Positions 15,483 to 23,601 of a stretch of 24,000 nt of DNA are shown in pieces. Each line of letters begins with the position of its first letter. The stretch's first letter is position 1. The translations under genes and the position numbers were made by a program. The DNA comes from Actinomycetaceae bacterium (GTDB lineage Bacteria > Actinomycetota > Actinomycetes > Actinomycetales > Actinomycetaceae), in assembly GCA_012516575.1 (NCBI GenBank), contig JAAYWS010000052.1, forward strand, positions 1 through 24,000, given 5' to 3'. The notes below the pieces were generated by a model that had not been told where the DNA came from, did no database searches, and saw only the letters and a list, made by a program, of their open reading frames with translations.

Positions 15483-17249
15483 TCAGGAATACTCCGAATA
15501 CTCATTTAGGACCTCTGGCCCGCCGGACGCAATGATCTGTCCATGATCAAATATGTACACAGCATCAGCGTCGGTGGCTTGCTCAAGCCGGTGGGTGACT
15601 TCAATAATTGTCACTCCGGGAAGTGCTCGGGCAAGGTTGGCCCGGATCTTCTCTTCCAGTTCTCGATTCAGATTCGCGGTGAACTCATCGAGTAACAGCA
15701 CACGCGGTTTAGTGAGCAAAGCACGGGCTAAACACAGGCGTTGTCCCTGTCCACCGGATAGCTGCGAGCCGTCTTGCCCCGCCATAGTCTCTAGGCCCTC
15801 GGGCATTTCCCGCACCTCATCGGCGAACTCTGCTACTTCCAGCGCCTGCCACAGCTCCGCGTCACTCACTCCCGGAGCACCCAAGCGAAGATTATCGGCT
15901 AAAGAGGCATCAAGAATCTCGTTCTTTTGCCGAACCAACATAACTGCCGCACGCAATTCATCCAGCGCCAGCTCATCAATTGGCTGCCCATTAACTCGGA
16001 TCTGCCCCGACTGCGGATCGTCAAAACGTAACAGCAACTGTAACGCCGTCGTCTTACCTGAACCGCTACGCCCTACAAAAACGGTCCGTTTACCTGCTGC
16101 TGCACGGATTCGAATGTTATTCAAAATCTTGCGCCCAGTGCTCGCCAATCCCGGGTACGAATAATCGACGTTGTCCCACTCGATATCTACACCAGCGGCG
16201 TCATCGACGGGAAAGCTCTTATCCCCGCTACGCACGGCTTGGGGCGCGTGGGTTAAATGCCAGAGTCGACGCGCCGACGCAATCGAGGCGTCCAATGCGC
16301 CCACCGTATCCTCAACTCCACGTGGCCCTTCGAAGAAGCGCAAAGATCCGGCCGCTAAAGCCGCGATCAGAGCGATATCTAGTTCGCGACACAGTCCAAT
16401 TCCCAGTATCGACGTAAAAGAAATCAGCATCAACGCAATATTCAGGCCGCGCCTAAAACCGCGGTAGAAAGCCGGAGATCGCGATGCTTGGTTAACCTGA
16501 TCGGAAAGTAGTGCGGTTCCTTCTAGCCGCTTATCTTCGTTGCCATACCCAACAACCTCTTCGACGCCAAAAACGGAATCTGTCGTATAAGCCGTGAGCT
16601 GACCACGCAGTTCAAGCGTTTTTTTAGTTGCGTCAAATGCTGCCCGCACACCGAAGAAAGGCACGAAGGTCATAGAAATGAGATAGCACAGGGCAGGGAC
16701 TACTACGATTAGCGGGTCGACGCCGAAGCCAACGCCGATTAAGAACGCGCTCGGAACGACGACGGCGGAAACCACCGGAGCAAAAGTATGAGCATAAACA
16801 ACTTCGATCCGGTCGACGTCTCGGGTTAAGGAGGCAAGCAGATCTCCCGAGGTCGAACGGGTAATAATTGCGGGGGCTTTCGGCCAGAGCTGTGAAAAAG
16901 CATGTCCACGCAATAGCTCCAACGCTTTAAAAGCCACATAATGTCCAGAAAACTGCTCGAAGTAGTACGCCAACGCTTTGGTTAGCGCCATACCAACCAA
17001 TATCCAGAGTGCTCCACCCAAAGGCTGTCCTTGTACCGCACGCACAATAGTCCATGCTGCATAACCAAATAACACCATTTCCAACGACAAATACACGAAA
17101 CGAAACAGCGTGGAAATAACAAGCGGGAAGTGTACTGGCCGGGTGATTGTTGTCAGCCAACGCACGATCTGTCCAGTGGAAGGCTCCGGTAAACCAGACA
17201 CCGGATTCACTGGATTAATGCTTTGTAGATTGCTGGTCTGGCTCATCAA
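15483..17249 (-). CDS. cydC: ABC exporter permease/ATPase fusion, CydC-type (thiol reductant exporter family)
   Basis: 588 aa with an N-terminal 6-TM domain. Walker A GRSGSGKT, signature LSGGQGQRLCLARAL, Walker B LLLDE. The start overlaps the cydD stop (ATGA). CydC versus a generic heterodimeric exporter is not certain. Confidence 0.65.
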   Translation of the reverse strand: MMSQTSNLQSINPVNPVSGLPEPSTGQIVRWLTTITRPVHFPLVISTLFRFVYLSLEMVLFGYAAWTIVRAVQGQPLGGALWILVGMALTKALAYYFEQFSGHYVAFKALELLRGHAFSQLWPKAPAIITRSTSGDLLASLTRDVDRIEVVYAHTFAPVVSAVVVPSAFLIGVGFGVDPLIVVVPALCYLISMTFVPFFGVRAAFDATKKTLELRGQLTAYTTDSVFGVEEVVGYGNEDKRLEGTALLSDQVNQASRSPAFYRGFRRGLNIALMLISFTSILGIGLCRELDIALIAALAAGSLRFFEGPRGVEDTVGALDASIASARRLWHLTHAPQAVRSGDKSFPVDDAAGVDIEWDNVDYSYPGLASTGRKILNNIRIRAAAGKRTVFVGRSGSGKTTALQLLLRFDDPQSGQIRVNGQPIDELALDELRAAVMLVRQKNEILDASLADNLRLGAPGVSDAELWQALEVAEFADEVREMPEGLETMAGQDGSQLSGGQGQRLCLARALLTKPRVLLLDEFTANLNRELEEKIRANLARALPGVTIIEVTHRLEQATDADAVYIFDHGQIIASGGPEVLNEYSEYS

Positions 17250-18976
17250 CCCACCACCTGTTGTAACTGTCCATCCGCCATTTCTAGAACCGTGTCCGCC
17301 ACCGTTAATAGCGAGTGCCGGTGAGTGATTAACAAGATCGCTACTTCATCACCGATACCGGCAATTGCATCAATAATTCGGGCTTCAGATTCCAAATCAA
17401 CTTGCGAGGTGGGCTCGTCAAAAAAGAGAATCTTCCGTCCAGAAAGAAGTGCGCGAGCGATCGATAGCCGTTGGGCTTGCCCTCCGGAAAGAAATGCGCC
17501 CTGCTCGCCTACCGGCGAATCTAATTGAAGCGGCATAGCCCGTACATCGTCAGCTAGTTTCGCAGCTTCGAGAGCTTCCCACATCTGGTCAGTAGTCGCA
17601 TCTTGATTAGCGATTCGCAGATTGTCCGCCACAGTGCCGTTAAAAAGCCACGTCGATTGCGATACCGTAGCGGCCAATGCACGAATCTCTCCAACCGGCA
17701 GATCTCGCAGATCATGCCCGTCGATAACAACCGTGCCTGCTTGAAGTGGAAGAGAACCTCGTAACACCGACAGCAGTGTTGTTTTTCCTGAGCCCGAGGG
17801 TCCGATAATGGCGGTTTTTGTTCCACGCGGCACTGCCAGATTTACGTTATGCAAGACTTCGCCGCGTCCATAGTCGTAACACAGGTCTTTAACGAGGATA
17901 GCTGTGTCGGAAGATCCGATAGCTACCACCTCACGTCCAGTGTTGATTATCGATGGAGTCTGATGCTTGCCGTCAATTCCTCGGGCACCATGGGATACGT
18001 GTTCGAGGCTTTCTTGTTCAGCATGAGATGCTAAATATTCGCGGATAGCACGTTGCGCGGCCATCCCGCCCATTCCGACGTAGAAAAAACCGGCCACTTG
18101 AGTAAGTGGTTCGAGTAGTAAGACCAACAAAAACATTGTGGTGACTGCGTCCGTAGCACTGAGATGTCCGGCGTCGATCCCTTTCGTAGTAAGGAATACT
18201 GACCACACGATCAAGAAAAGCGAAAAGACACCGTCCAATACGATGATGACAATCTGATTGCCTGCCAACAACCGCATTATTGCTACCCGATTTTTCTCAC
18301 CTTGTTTTTTGAGGGCTTTTTCAAGCCGCGGTCCGGCTCCAAATAGTCGCACTGCGGTGAGATTACGTAGCGCATCGAGATACTGGGAGGTTAACAGCGC
18401 ACGTTCGTTGCGCGAAGCCGCTGAAACTCGTCTAAAAATATGGAGGAAACCCCCAACTAATAGTGGGACGAAAGGAAAACCGATAGCCATGCCTAAGCCG
18501 AGTCGCCAATCGATGGCCAGTAAAATATAGGTCAAAACTAAGAAAGGCGTGATTAGCGCGGCTTTGGTTGAGCCCCAGTACTGTTGGCGAAACTCCGTCA
18601 TCCGCTCAACATTATCCGTCATCATTTGTACAAGGCGCGGCGAATCAAATTCTGCTTCAGCGTTTTTTGGTAAGGCAGTTGCAGCAAAGATCTGTGCAAG
18701 AATCCGCTGACGTAATCGTTTTTCTTCCGCACGAGCGCCGGTGATCCCCACATAAATCTCCAGGCATCCCAAAACACCAGCTAAAAGCGCCGCAAAAACC
18801 ATCGCAACCCACACCCATATAGGGACAGGCATGCTGTCACCAGCGAGCCCGAGTGCGTACCCACCGACGATAACTGTCAATGCAACACTTGAGGTACTTC
18901 CTACTCGCATCAATGCCGCACGTCGAGTGGTAGCTTTGCCTGCCTCAGTTTCGACGGCAAAACTTTCCTTTTTCAT
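17246..18976 (-). CDS. cydD: ABC exporter permease/ATPase fusion, CydD-type
   Basis: 576 aa. Walker A GPSGSGKT, signature LSGGQAQRLSIARAL, Walker B LFFDE. First gene of the pair. No cydAB is present in the window. Confidence 0.65.
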   Translation of the reverse strand: MKKESFAVETEAGKATTRRAALMRVGSTSSVALTVIVGGYALGLAGDSMPVPIWVWVAMVFAALLAGVLGCLEIYVGITGARAEEKRLRQRILAQIFAATALPKNAEAEFDSPRLVQMMTDNVERMTEFRQQYWGSTKAALITPFLVLTYILLAIDWRLGLGMAIGFPFVPLLVGGFLHIFRRVSAASRNERALLTSQYLDALRNLTAVRLFGAGPRLEKALKKQGEKNRVAIMRLLAGNQIVIIVLDGVFSLFLIVWSVFLTTKGIDAGHLSATDAVTTMFLLVLLLEPLTQVAGFFYVGMGGMAAQRAIREYLASHAEQESLEHVSHGARGIDGKHQTPSIINTGREVVAIGSSDTAILVKDLCYDYGRGEVLHNVNLAVPRGTKTAIIGPSGSGKTTLLSVLRGSLPLQAGTVVIDGHDLRDLPVGEIRALAATVSQSTWLFNGTVADNLRIANQDATTDQMWEALEAAKLADDVRAMPLQLDSPVGEQGAFLSGGQAQRLSIARALLSGRKILFFDEPTSQVDLESEARIIDAIAGIGDEVAILLITHRHSLLTVADTVLEMADGQLQQVVG

Positions 18977-19264
18977 GCTATCTCCGAATTACACACTCTC
19001 TTAGGGTACCCTCAGTAACCGCCTCCAACCACAGCAAAATTTACATCATATCTTAAAAAATATACAGTTTTACACCTATTTAGTAGCGTTTTGGCAATTA
19101 GAATGTCACCCGTACAAGCATTAAACCGCACAATACAGCCATTTCGTGTACATGCTTACACATAGTCTAAGTTTTTTAAACCCCCTACATAACTTTTCTA
19201 TCATGGTTAAAATAGAGTGATTTCAAAGAAGAAATGACCTGCTACCTACCTGAAAGGAGCAGTT

Positions 19265-19504
19265 GTGAAAGACGATCCGAATTCACCGGCGCTACTACAA
19301 GGCGTTGACTTTCGTGGCACTCCAAACGCTACGAAACGTGTCACCGAATATGTAAAGCCGGGTAAGCGGCGCGCATTTATTGCACGCTATATCAAACTCA
19401 ACCTTCCACGCACTACGAAGGCACTTTTAGTACTGATCCTCGCCGGCAACGGCGTTGCTGCCGCCGTCACCGCACTTGACGGCCGCGATATTTTCGGCGG
19501 ATGA
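19265..19504 (+). CDS. Hypothetical small protein with one TM helix
   Basis: GTG start with GAAAGGAG RBS. TM segment ALLVLILAGNGVAAAVTAL. It ends at a TGA that is in the same frame as the next ORF. Confidence 0.5.
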   Translation: MKDDPNSPALLQGVDFRGTPNATKRVTEYVKPGKRRAFIARYIKLNLPRTTKALLVLILAGNGVAAAVTALDGRDIFGG

Positions 19505-19510
19505 CAGGCG

Positions 19511-19795
19511 ATGCTCTGGGCACTACGTGCCCTAGCCCTTGTGGTCGCGGCGGCCAGTAATATCACGAAGAAGCGTTTCTGGACAGCTGCACTAGTCGTC
19601 CCGATCGCTTCCCTCACGGTTTACGTTTTGGGTGCCTTTGGCGATGCCCCATATCACTGGAACGGGGCCACCATCGAGCAAGCCGCCATCTGGAATCTAT
19701 TGATGATCCTGCCGCTTGTCTACCTCGTTCTTTACGTATTAATCCTGTACGAAACGATTGTTGTTTACCCCGACAATCAGAACTTCATGGATTAA
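19511..19795 (+). CDS. Hypothetical three-TM membrane protein
   Basis: 94 aa with three hydrophobic segments. The ATG lies 6 nt after the preceding TGA, in the same frame. It may be the C-terminal part of a single interrupted gene. Confidence 0.5.
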   Translation: MLWALRALALVVAAASNITKKRFWTAALVVPIASLTVYVLGAFGDAPYHWNGATIEQAAIWNLLMILPLVYLVLYVLILYETIVVYPDNQNFMD

Positions 19796-19811
19796 GAAAG
19801 GATAAGCAATC

Positions 19812-21329
19812 ATGGAATTTGGATATCCTTGGTGGCTCCGTGTGGAGCACATGATTTACCTCTTTTTCGTTACATTCCTCATTCGCTCGGGCCTCGAAAT
19901 TCTTGCGACTTATCCTAAGCTGTACCGCAAGCAGAACACTAAGGCAGGAGCTGCGTGGCACAGTTCACGATTCAACGTCAGTCCAAACACAAGTACTGCA
20001 CCGTGGGCGGTGAGTACGAGGATTACTCACCACGCATTTCATTGCCGGGTAAAGGACTGCTGGGCCTTGGCCGCTACTGGCACTTCATTTCGGTAACCGG
20101 CTTCGTTACCGCATGGCTCATTTATATGGTGCTCATTTTTGCTACCGGTCATTGGCAACGCTAAGTACCGCAAAGCTTCGACGTGGTCACTCAGTCCTTG
20201 AAGGACATAGTTTCCTACCTCGCATTTGTTTCACCTGAGGCAATGCCAGGTATGCCGTTTAACGCGACACAACAGATGGCCTACTTCTCCGTGCTATTCA
20301 TCCTCGCTCCGCTTGTGATGTTCACCGGCCTGTTCCAGTCGCCAGCTATTGCAAACCACTTCTCGACCGTGACCCGCGCACTTGGCGGACGTCAGGTTAT
20401 CCGTTCAATTCACTTCTTCTGCCTCTCTGGCTACGTATTCTTCATCATCTCGCACGTGAGCATGGTGCTCTTGCACGGCTGGGGTTATGAGACGTCGAAG
20501 ATGATCTTCGGAAATACTGACAACCCGATGGCCGGCGGTATTATCTTCGGGCTCTTGCTGGTTCTGCTACTTCTGATCCATATCGCTGCTACCAAGTGGA
20601 CCTTGAAGAAGGGACGTCAGGTTGAGAAGCTACACAACCGCGTTGTACGTCCGTGGTCGAACCTGCTGTACAAGCTTCCTTCGCGTATGCACTACGACAA
20701 GACGAACATCACGAAGAAGGATGTCGGGATGGCTAATGTCAACCCGAACCACCGTGCATCGGGACGTCCACCAGCAACCGACGAATACCTTGCAATTCAC
20801 GCAAATTGCTACCAGGACGATTACGTTCTCGAAATCGGTGGCTATGTTGAAAAGCCGATGACGCTAACGATCGCAGATCTGCGTGAACTCGCAAACGGAT
20901 ACAGCCACACCCCGTTGCACCACTGTGTGCAAGGATTTACCTCGATTGGTAAGTGGCGTGGTATTCCAGTATCCGCATTGCTTGATCTGGTTAAGCCGCT
21001 ACCGGACGCTACCGACGTCGTTTACACATCATTCCAGAGCATGGGACGCGACGATCCTTTGTATAAGGGTGGCCTGTACTACGAATCGAACCCCATGGTT
21101 TGAGGCGAACTTGCCGCAAACCTTTATCGCTTTCGAGCTCAACGATCAGGGCGAAATCACAGTGAAGAACGGTGCTCCGGTACGTCTTCGCGTAGAAACG
21201 TCCACTGGCTTTAGAAGCTTGAAGTGGCTCGAACGTATCGACATCGTTAATCGTTACGACATCATCGTTGAAGGCCGTGGCGGCTTCTTCGAAGACGCCG
21301 ACTTCTACGACCGCAACCAGTTCATCTAG
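19812..21329 (+). pseudogene. Fused cytochrome b (di-haem, membrane) / molybdopterin oxidoreductase (sulfite-oxidase family) gene, disrupted by two frameshifts and one nonsense codon
   Basis: Four track ORFs (19812-20096, 19955-20164, 20183-21103, 20883-21329) join into one homologous reading. Junctions are AGAAW|AQFTIQ at 19956-19958, GHWQR-TAA-VPQSF at 20162-20164, and SNPMV|EANLPQTF at 21098-21101. The Moco domain carries HHCVQGFTSIGKWRGIPVSALL and NGAPVRLRVETSTGFRSLKWLERIDIV. Confidence 0.8.
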
Positions 21330-21337
21330 GAGAAATA

Positions 21338-21716
21338 ATGACCGCGAAAAAGACGTATCCACGGACGCAAGCTGAACTCGATGAGTACATGTCCCGTTAC
21401 AAGATGCGCACGATCGATGATCATGAGGGCATGTTCCCCATGCACAAAGATCTAATGCTCACCGACGAGCAGGTGCAGATCGTTCAGGATTACATTAAGA
21501 ATGGAAACGTACCACACCTTCATTCGGATGTCGTGGGGCCAGCTTCACGGCGATCCTGACGCACCGATTCTGCCAGTCAATCCGCCTGTACTAGCAGCTG
21601 ACAATATGGTGCTGAACAAATACCGTGACACACGCACTGGTCCGTCACGCACCGGCGTTGACTCGTACGCCACTGACGTTGGCGAACCAGGCGTCGTGGT
21701 CATCATTTACCATTAG
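21338..21716 (+). pseudogene. Hypothetical small protein, apparently frameshifted at a G4 run (21535-21538)
   Basis: Strong RBS (TAGGAGA) and ATG at 21338. Frame A ends at 21559. The overlapping frame (track ORF 21501-21716) continues plausibly as ...SDVVGQLHGDPDAPILPVNPP... if one G is removed. I recognise no family. Confidence 0.4.
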
Positions 21717-21740
21717 AATGGTACGTATGACCACGACGCC
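21690..21740. promoter_or_regulatory. Nested palindrome spanning the TetR start: 14-bp outer arms plus an inner 7-bp dyad
   Basis: GGCGTCGTGGTCAT-catt-TACCATT-ag-AATGGTA-cgt-ATGACCACGACGCC. The inner dyad contains a TAGAAT -10-like hexamer (21714-21719). The outer right arm begins with the ATG at 21727. Confidence 0.5.
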
Positions 21741-22302
21741 TGTATCTTCTTCCAGTAAAGGAACCAAGCGCCGCGACCTCATTATCGAAGCGACATTGGA
21801 CGTAATCGCAGCCGAAGGTGTCAGCGGGGCTTCTGTACGCCGGGTAGCGGCGGAAGCCGATGTGCCGCTTGGTTCAATGACATACTATTTTGCCGGACGC
21901 CAAGAACTTCTTTTAGAAGCTTTCGAACGTTTTGTAGAGCGTTCGGTGAAGCATTTTCACGCCGAATTCGACGACGTTGATAGCCTTGAAAGCGCCCGAG
22001 CCGCCATGGTGCGGATTTTGACAGTAAATGCTTATATGGAACCGCCCAATATTATTATCGGCGCGGAACTGTATGCGCTAGCAGCCCACGATCCTTATTT
22101 CGTACCTGTACAACGCTCTTGGATGCATCGTTCCCGCGATGCAATCCGGCAATATTTCGACGAAGCAACAACCCTTATGCTCGATGCGATGGTTGAAGGA
22201 ATGTCCATGCACCGCTCTTTCGAACGAGACTTCCATCCCGCTGAGCTAGTTGCGGTTGTTATTGAACGTATGACGCCGCCCGAAACTTACATTGGACCGT
22301 AA
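21727..22302 (+). CDS. TetR/AcrR-family transcriptional regulator
   Basis: HTH region RRDLIIEATLDVIAAEGVSGASVRRVAAEADVPLGSMTYYF. The start is ambiguous (ATG 21727 or 21718; the track extends to GTG 21625). No SD precedes either ATG, so the transcript may be leaderless. Confidence 0.85.
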   Translation: MTTTPVSSSSKGTKRRDLIIEATLDVIAAEGVSGASVRRVAAEADVPLGSMTYYFAGRQELLLEAFERFVERSVKHFHAEFDDVDSLESARAAMVRILTVNAYMEPPNIIIGAELYALAAHDPYFVPVQRSWMHRSRDAIRQYFDEATTLMLDAMVEGMSMHRSFERDFHPAELVAVVIERMTPPETYIGP

Positions 22303-22464
22303 CTTACATTGTTGGAGCAGTGGGTTGTGCAAGCGCCCCTTCCCATTGCCACATAACACTTTCACCCCGAGCGATTTTCCCGCTAATGTTCACCTAGATT
22401 TAACTTCAGGAGCCTAATCTGAGTGACAAATAGGGACATAGGTCCCCGACCGCTAAGGAGAATC

Positions 22465-22848
22465 ATGGCCAAATGGTATAGACAAGCCGCTGAAATTGAG
22501 CAACTACGCCGCGAAAACGAGTATTTACATCAGCAAGTTGCTGAGCTACAAATTCAGCTTCAAGCCTTGAACCCCAATCAGGCACCCAGCCAAACACAGA
22601 CGCAATCGCGTAACGTCTACTACCCGCCACAACCTTCCGCACTTAACGATTATCAGACCGAACCCGCCAGGCCTCAACCAATTGACAATTTTGGTATTAC
22701 CGCTGACGAGCGGGCGCTTATTAATCAGGGAAAGAAGATTGAAGCGATCAAGAATTACCGCGAACGCACTGGTGCCGGATTGAGGGAGGCCAAGGACGCG
22801 ATTGACCGGGCTGAAGAGGGCTACAAGGGTGGCACTGCCTGGCAGTAA
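22465..22848 (+). CDS. Small protein with N-terminal coiled coil, Q/P-rich linker and a ribosomal L7/L12 C-terminal-domain-like motif
   Basis: ATG at 22465 with AAGGAG 5 nt upstream. GKKIEAIKNYRERTGAGLREAKDAIDRAE parallels E. coli L7/L12 [28 protein letters not shown]. Confidence 0.7.
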   Translation: MAKWYRQAAEIEQLRRENEYLHQQVAELQIQLQALNPNQAPSQTQTQSRNVYYPPQPSALNDYQTEPARPQPIDNFGITADERALINQGKKIEAIKNYRERTGAGLREAKDAIDRAEEGYKGGTAWQ

Positions 22849-22926
22849 GCTCAGAACTAGTGGGGATGGGATGCGCGCTCTTTGAATCCCGCCCACACTG
22901 GCTTAGCCAAGAAAGCCCGCACCCAG

Positions 22927-23517
22927 TTAACGTAAGTTTTCTAAAAATGGAACAATAACGGCGTCGATCATCCGACCAATCGCCGCCTCATCGACAGTCC
23001 CGCGGGTAAGAATCTCCCCTATCACATAGACCAGCGGGAATCGGATATAGACCTCTTCTAGGACCTTCTTGTCTAGCCGCCCAGCAACGACTTCAGCCTC
23101 GTACAACTGCTGGATGAAGCGCAGTCCCGGATGAACAGAAACGGTGGCAAACATAGCGCGAGCCTGTTCATCGGCTTCACCGATCAGGGCATTCACATTC
23201 GCCAGACCAACAATACTTAATCGTTCGGCCAACACTCTCGCCGCCGCATGCAAACCAGGTGCCAACCCTTGATCGAGCGGAATCTCCCGCACTGCCGGAT
23301 TGGCACTACGCAATGCCGACGATATAACCATGTCGGCACGCGTTGAAAAACGACGATACAGCACTGTTTTACTCGTTTTAGCACGCCTAGCTACGCCTTC
23401 AAAAGTTACTCCGCCATAGCCATGCTCGCCGAGCTCAGCCATGACAGCGGTAGCAATATCGTCGAGTAGTACAGCTCCCGTACGCCGTTGTCGCACACCC
23501 TCACCCCATTGTGACAT
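22927..23517 (-). CDS. TetR/AcrR-family transcriptional regulator
   Basis: HTH region IATAVMAELGEHGYGGVTFEGVARRAKTSKTVLYRRF. ATG at 23517 is preferred over the track's TTG at 23532. Divergent from the ABC ATPase gene. Confidence 0.85.
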   Translation of the reverse strand: MSQWGEGVRQRRTGAVLLDDIATAVMAELGEHGYGGVTFEGVARRAKTSKTVLYRRFSTRADMVISSALRSANPAVREIPLDQGLAPGLHAAARVLAERLSIVGLANVNALIGEADEQARAMFATVSVHPGLRFIQQLYEAEVVAGRLDKKVLEEVYIRFPLVYVIGEILTRGTVDEAAIGRMIDAVIVPFLENLR

Positions 23518-23535
23518 GGAATTATTTCCCAAATT

Positions 23536-23554
23536 AAGATACGCCCCGTATCTT
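23536..23554. promoter_or_regulatory. Candidate TetR operator: 8-bp perfect inverted repeat with a 3-nt spacer
   Basis: AAGATACG-ccc-CGTATCTT in the 84-nt divergent region between the TetR gene and the ABC ATPase gene. Confidence 0.5.
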
Positions 23555-23601
23555 CTTTGTGTATTATTATCTCATAAGTTTATTCGTTGAAAGTGATAAC
23601 G

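Noticed and set aside
19502-19504. In-frame TGA as selenocysteine or an alternative genetic code (also the TAA at 20162)
   Set aside because: Other genes in the window terminate normally at TGA, TAA and TAG. No SECIS-like hairpin follows the TGA, and TAA is not recoded in any known bacterial code. A nonsense mutation or a genuine gene boundary is simpler.
21095-21104. prfB-like programmed +1 frameshift at GTT TGA G
   Set aside because: The shift is +1 at a stop codon, as in prfB. However, there is no SD-like stimulator 3 nt upstream, and tRNA-Val re-pairing GUU to UUU is unfavourable. The same gene also carries a -1 lesion and a nonsense codon that cannot be programmed events.
22280-22313. 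17-bp imperfect tandem duplication (CCGAAACTTACATTGGA / CCGTAACTTACATTGTT) spanning the TetR stop codon
   Set aside because: Only two copies with 14/17 identity. Removing one copy gives an implausible 35-aa C-terminal extension rather than a better protein. This is probably an old slippage scar with no demonstrable function.
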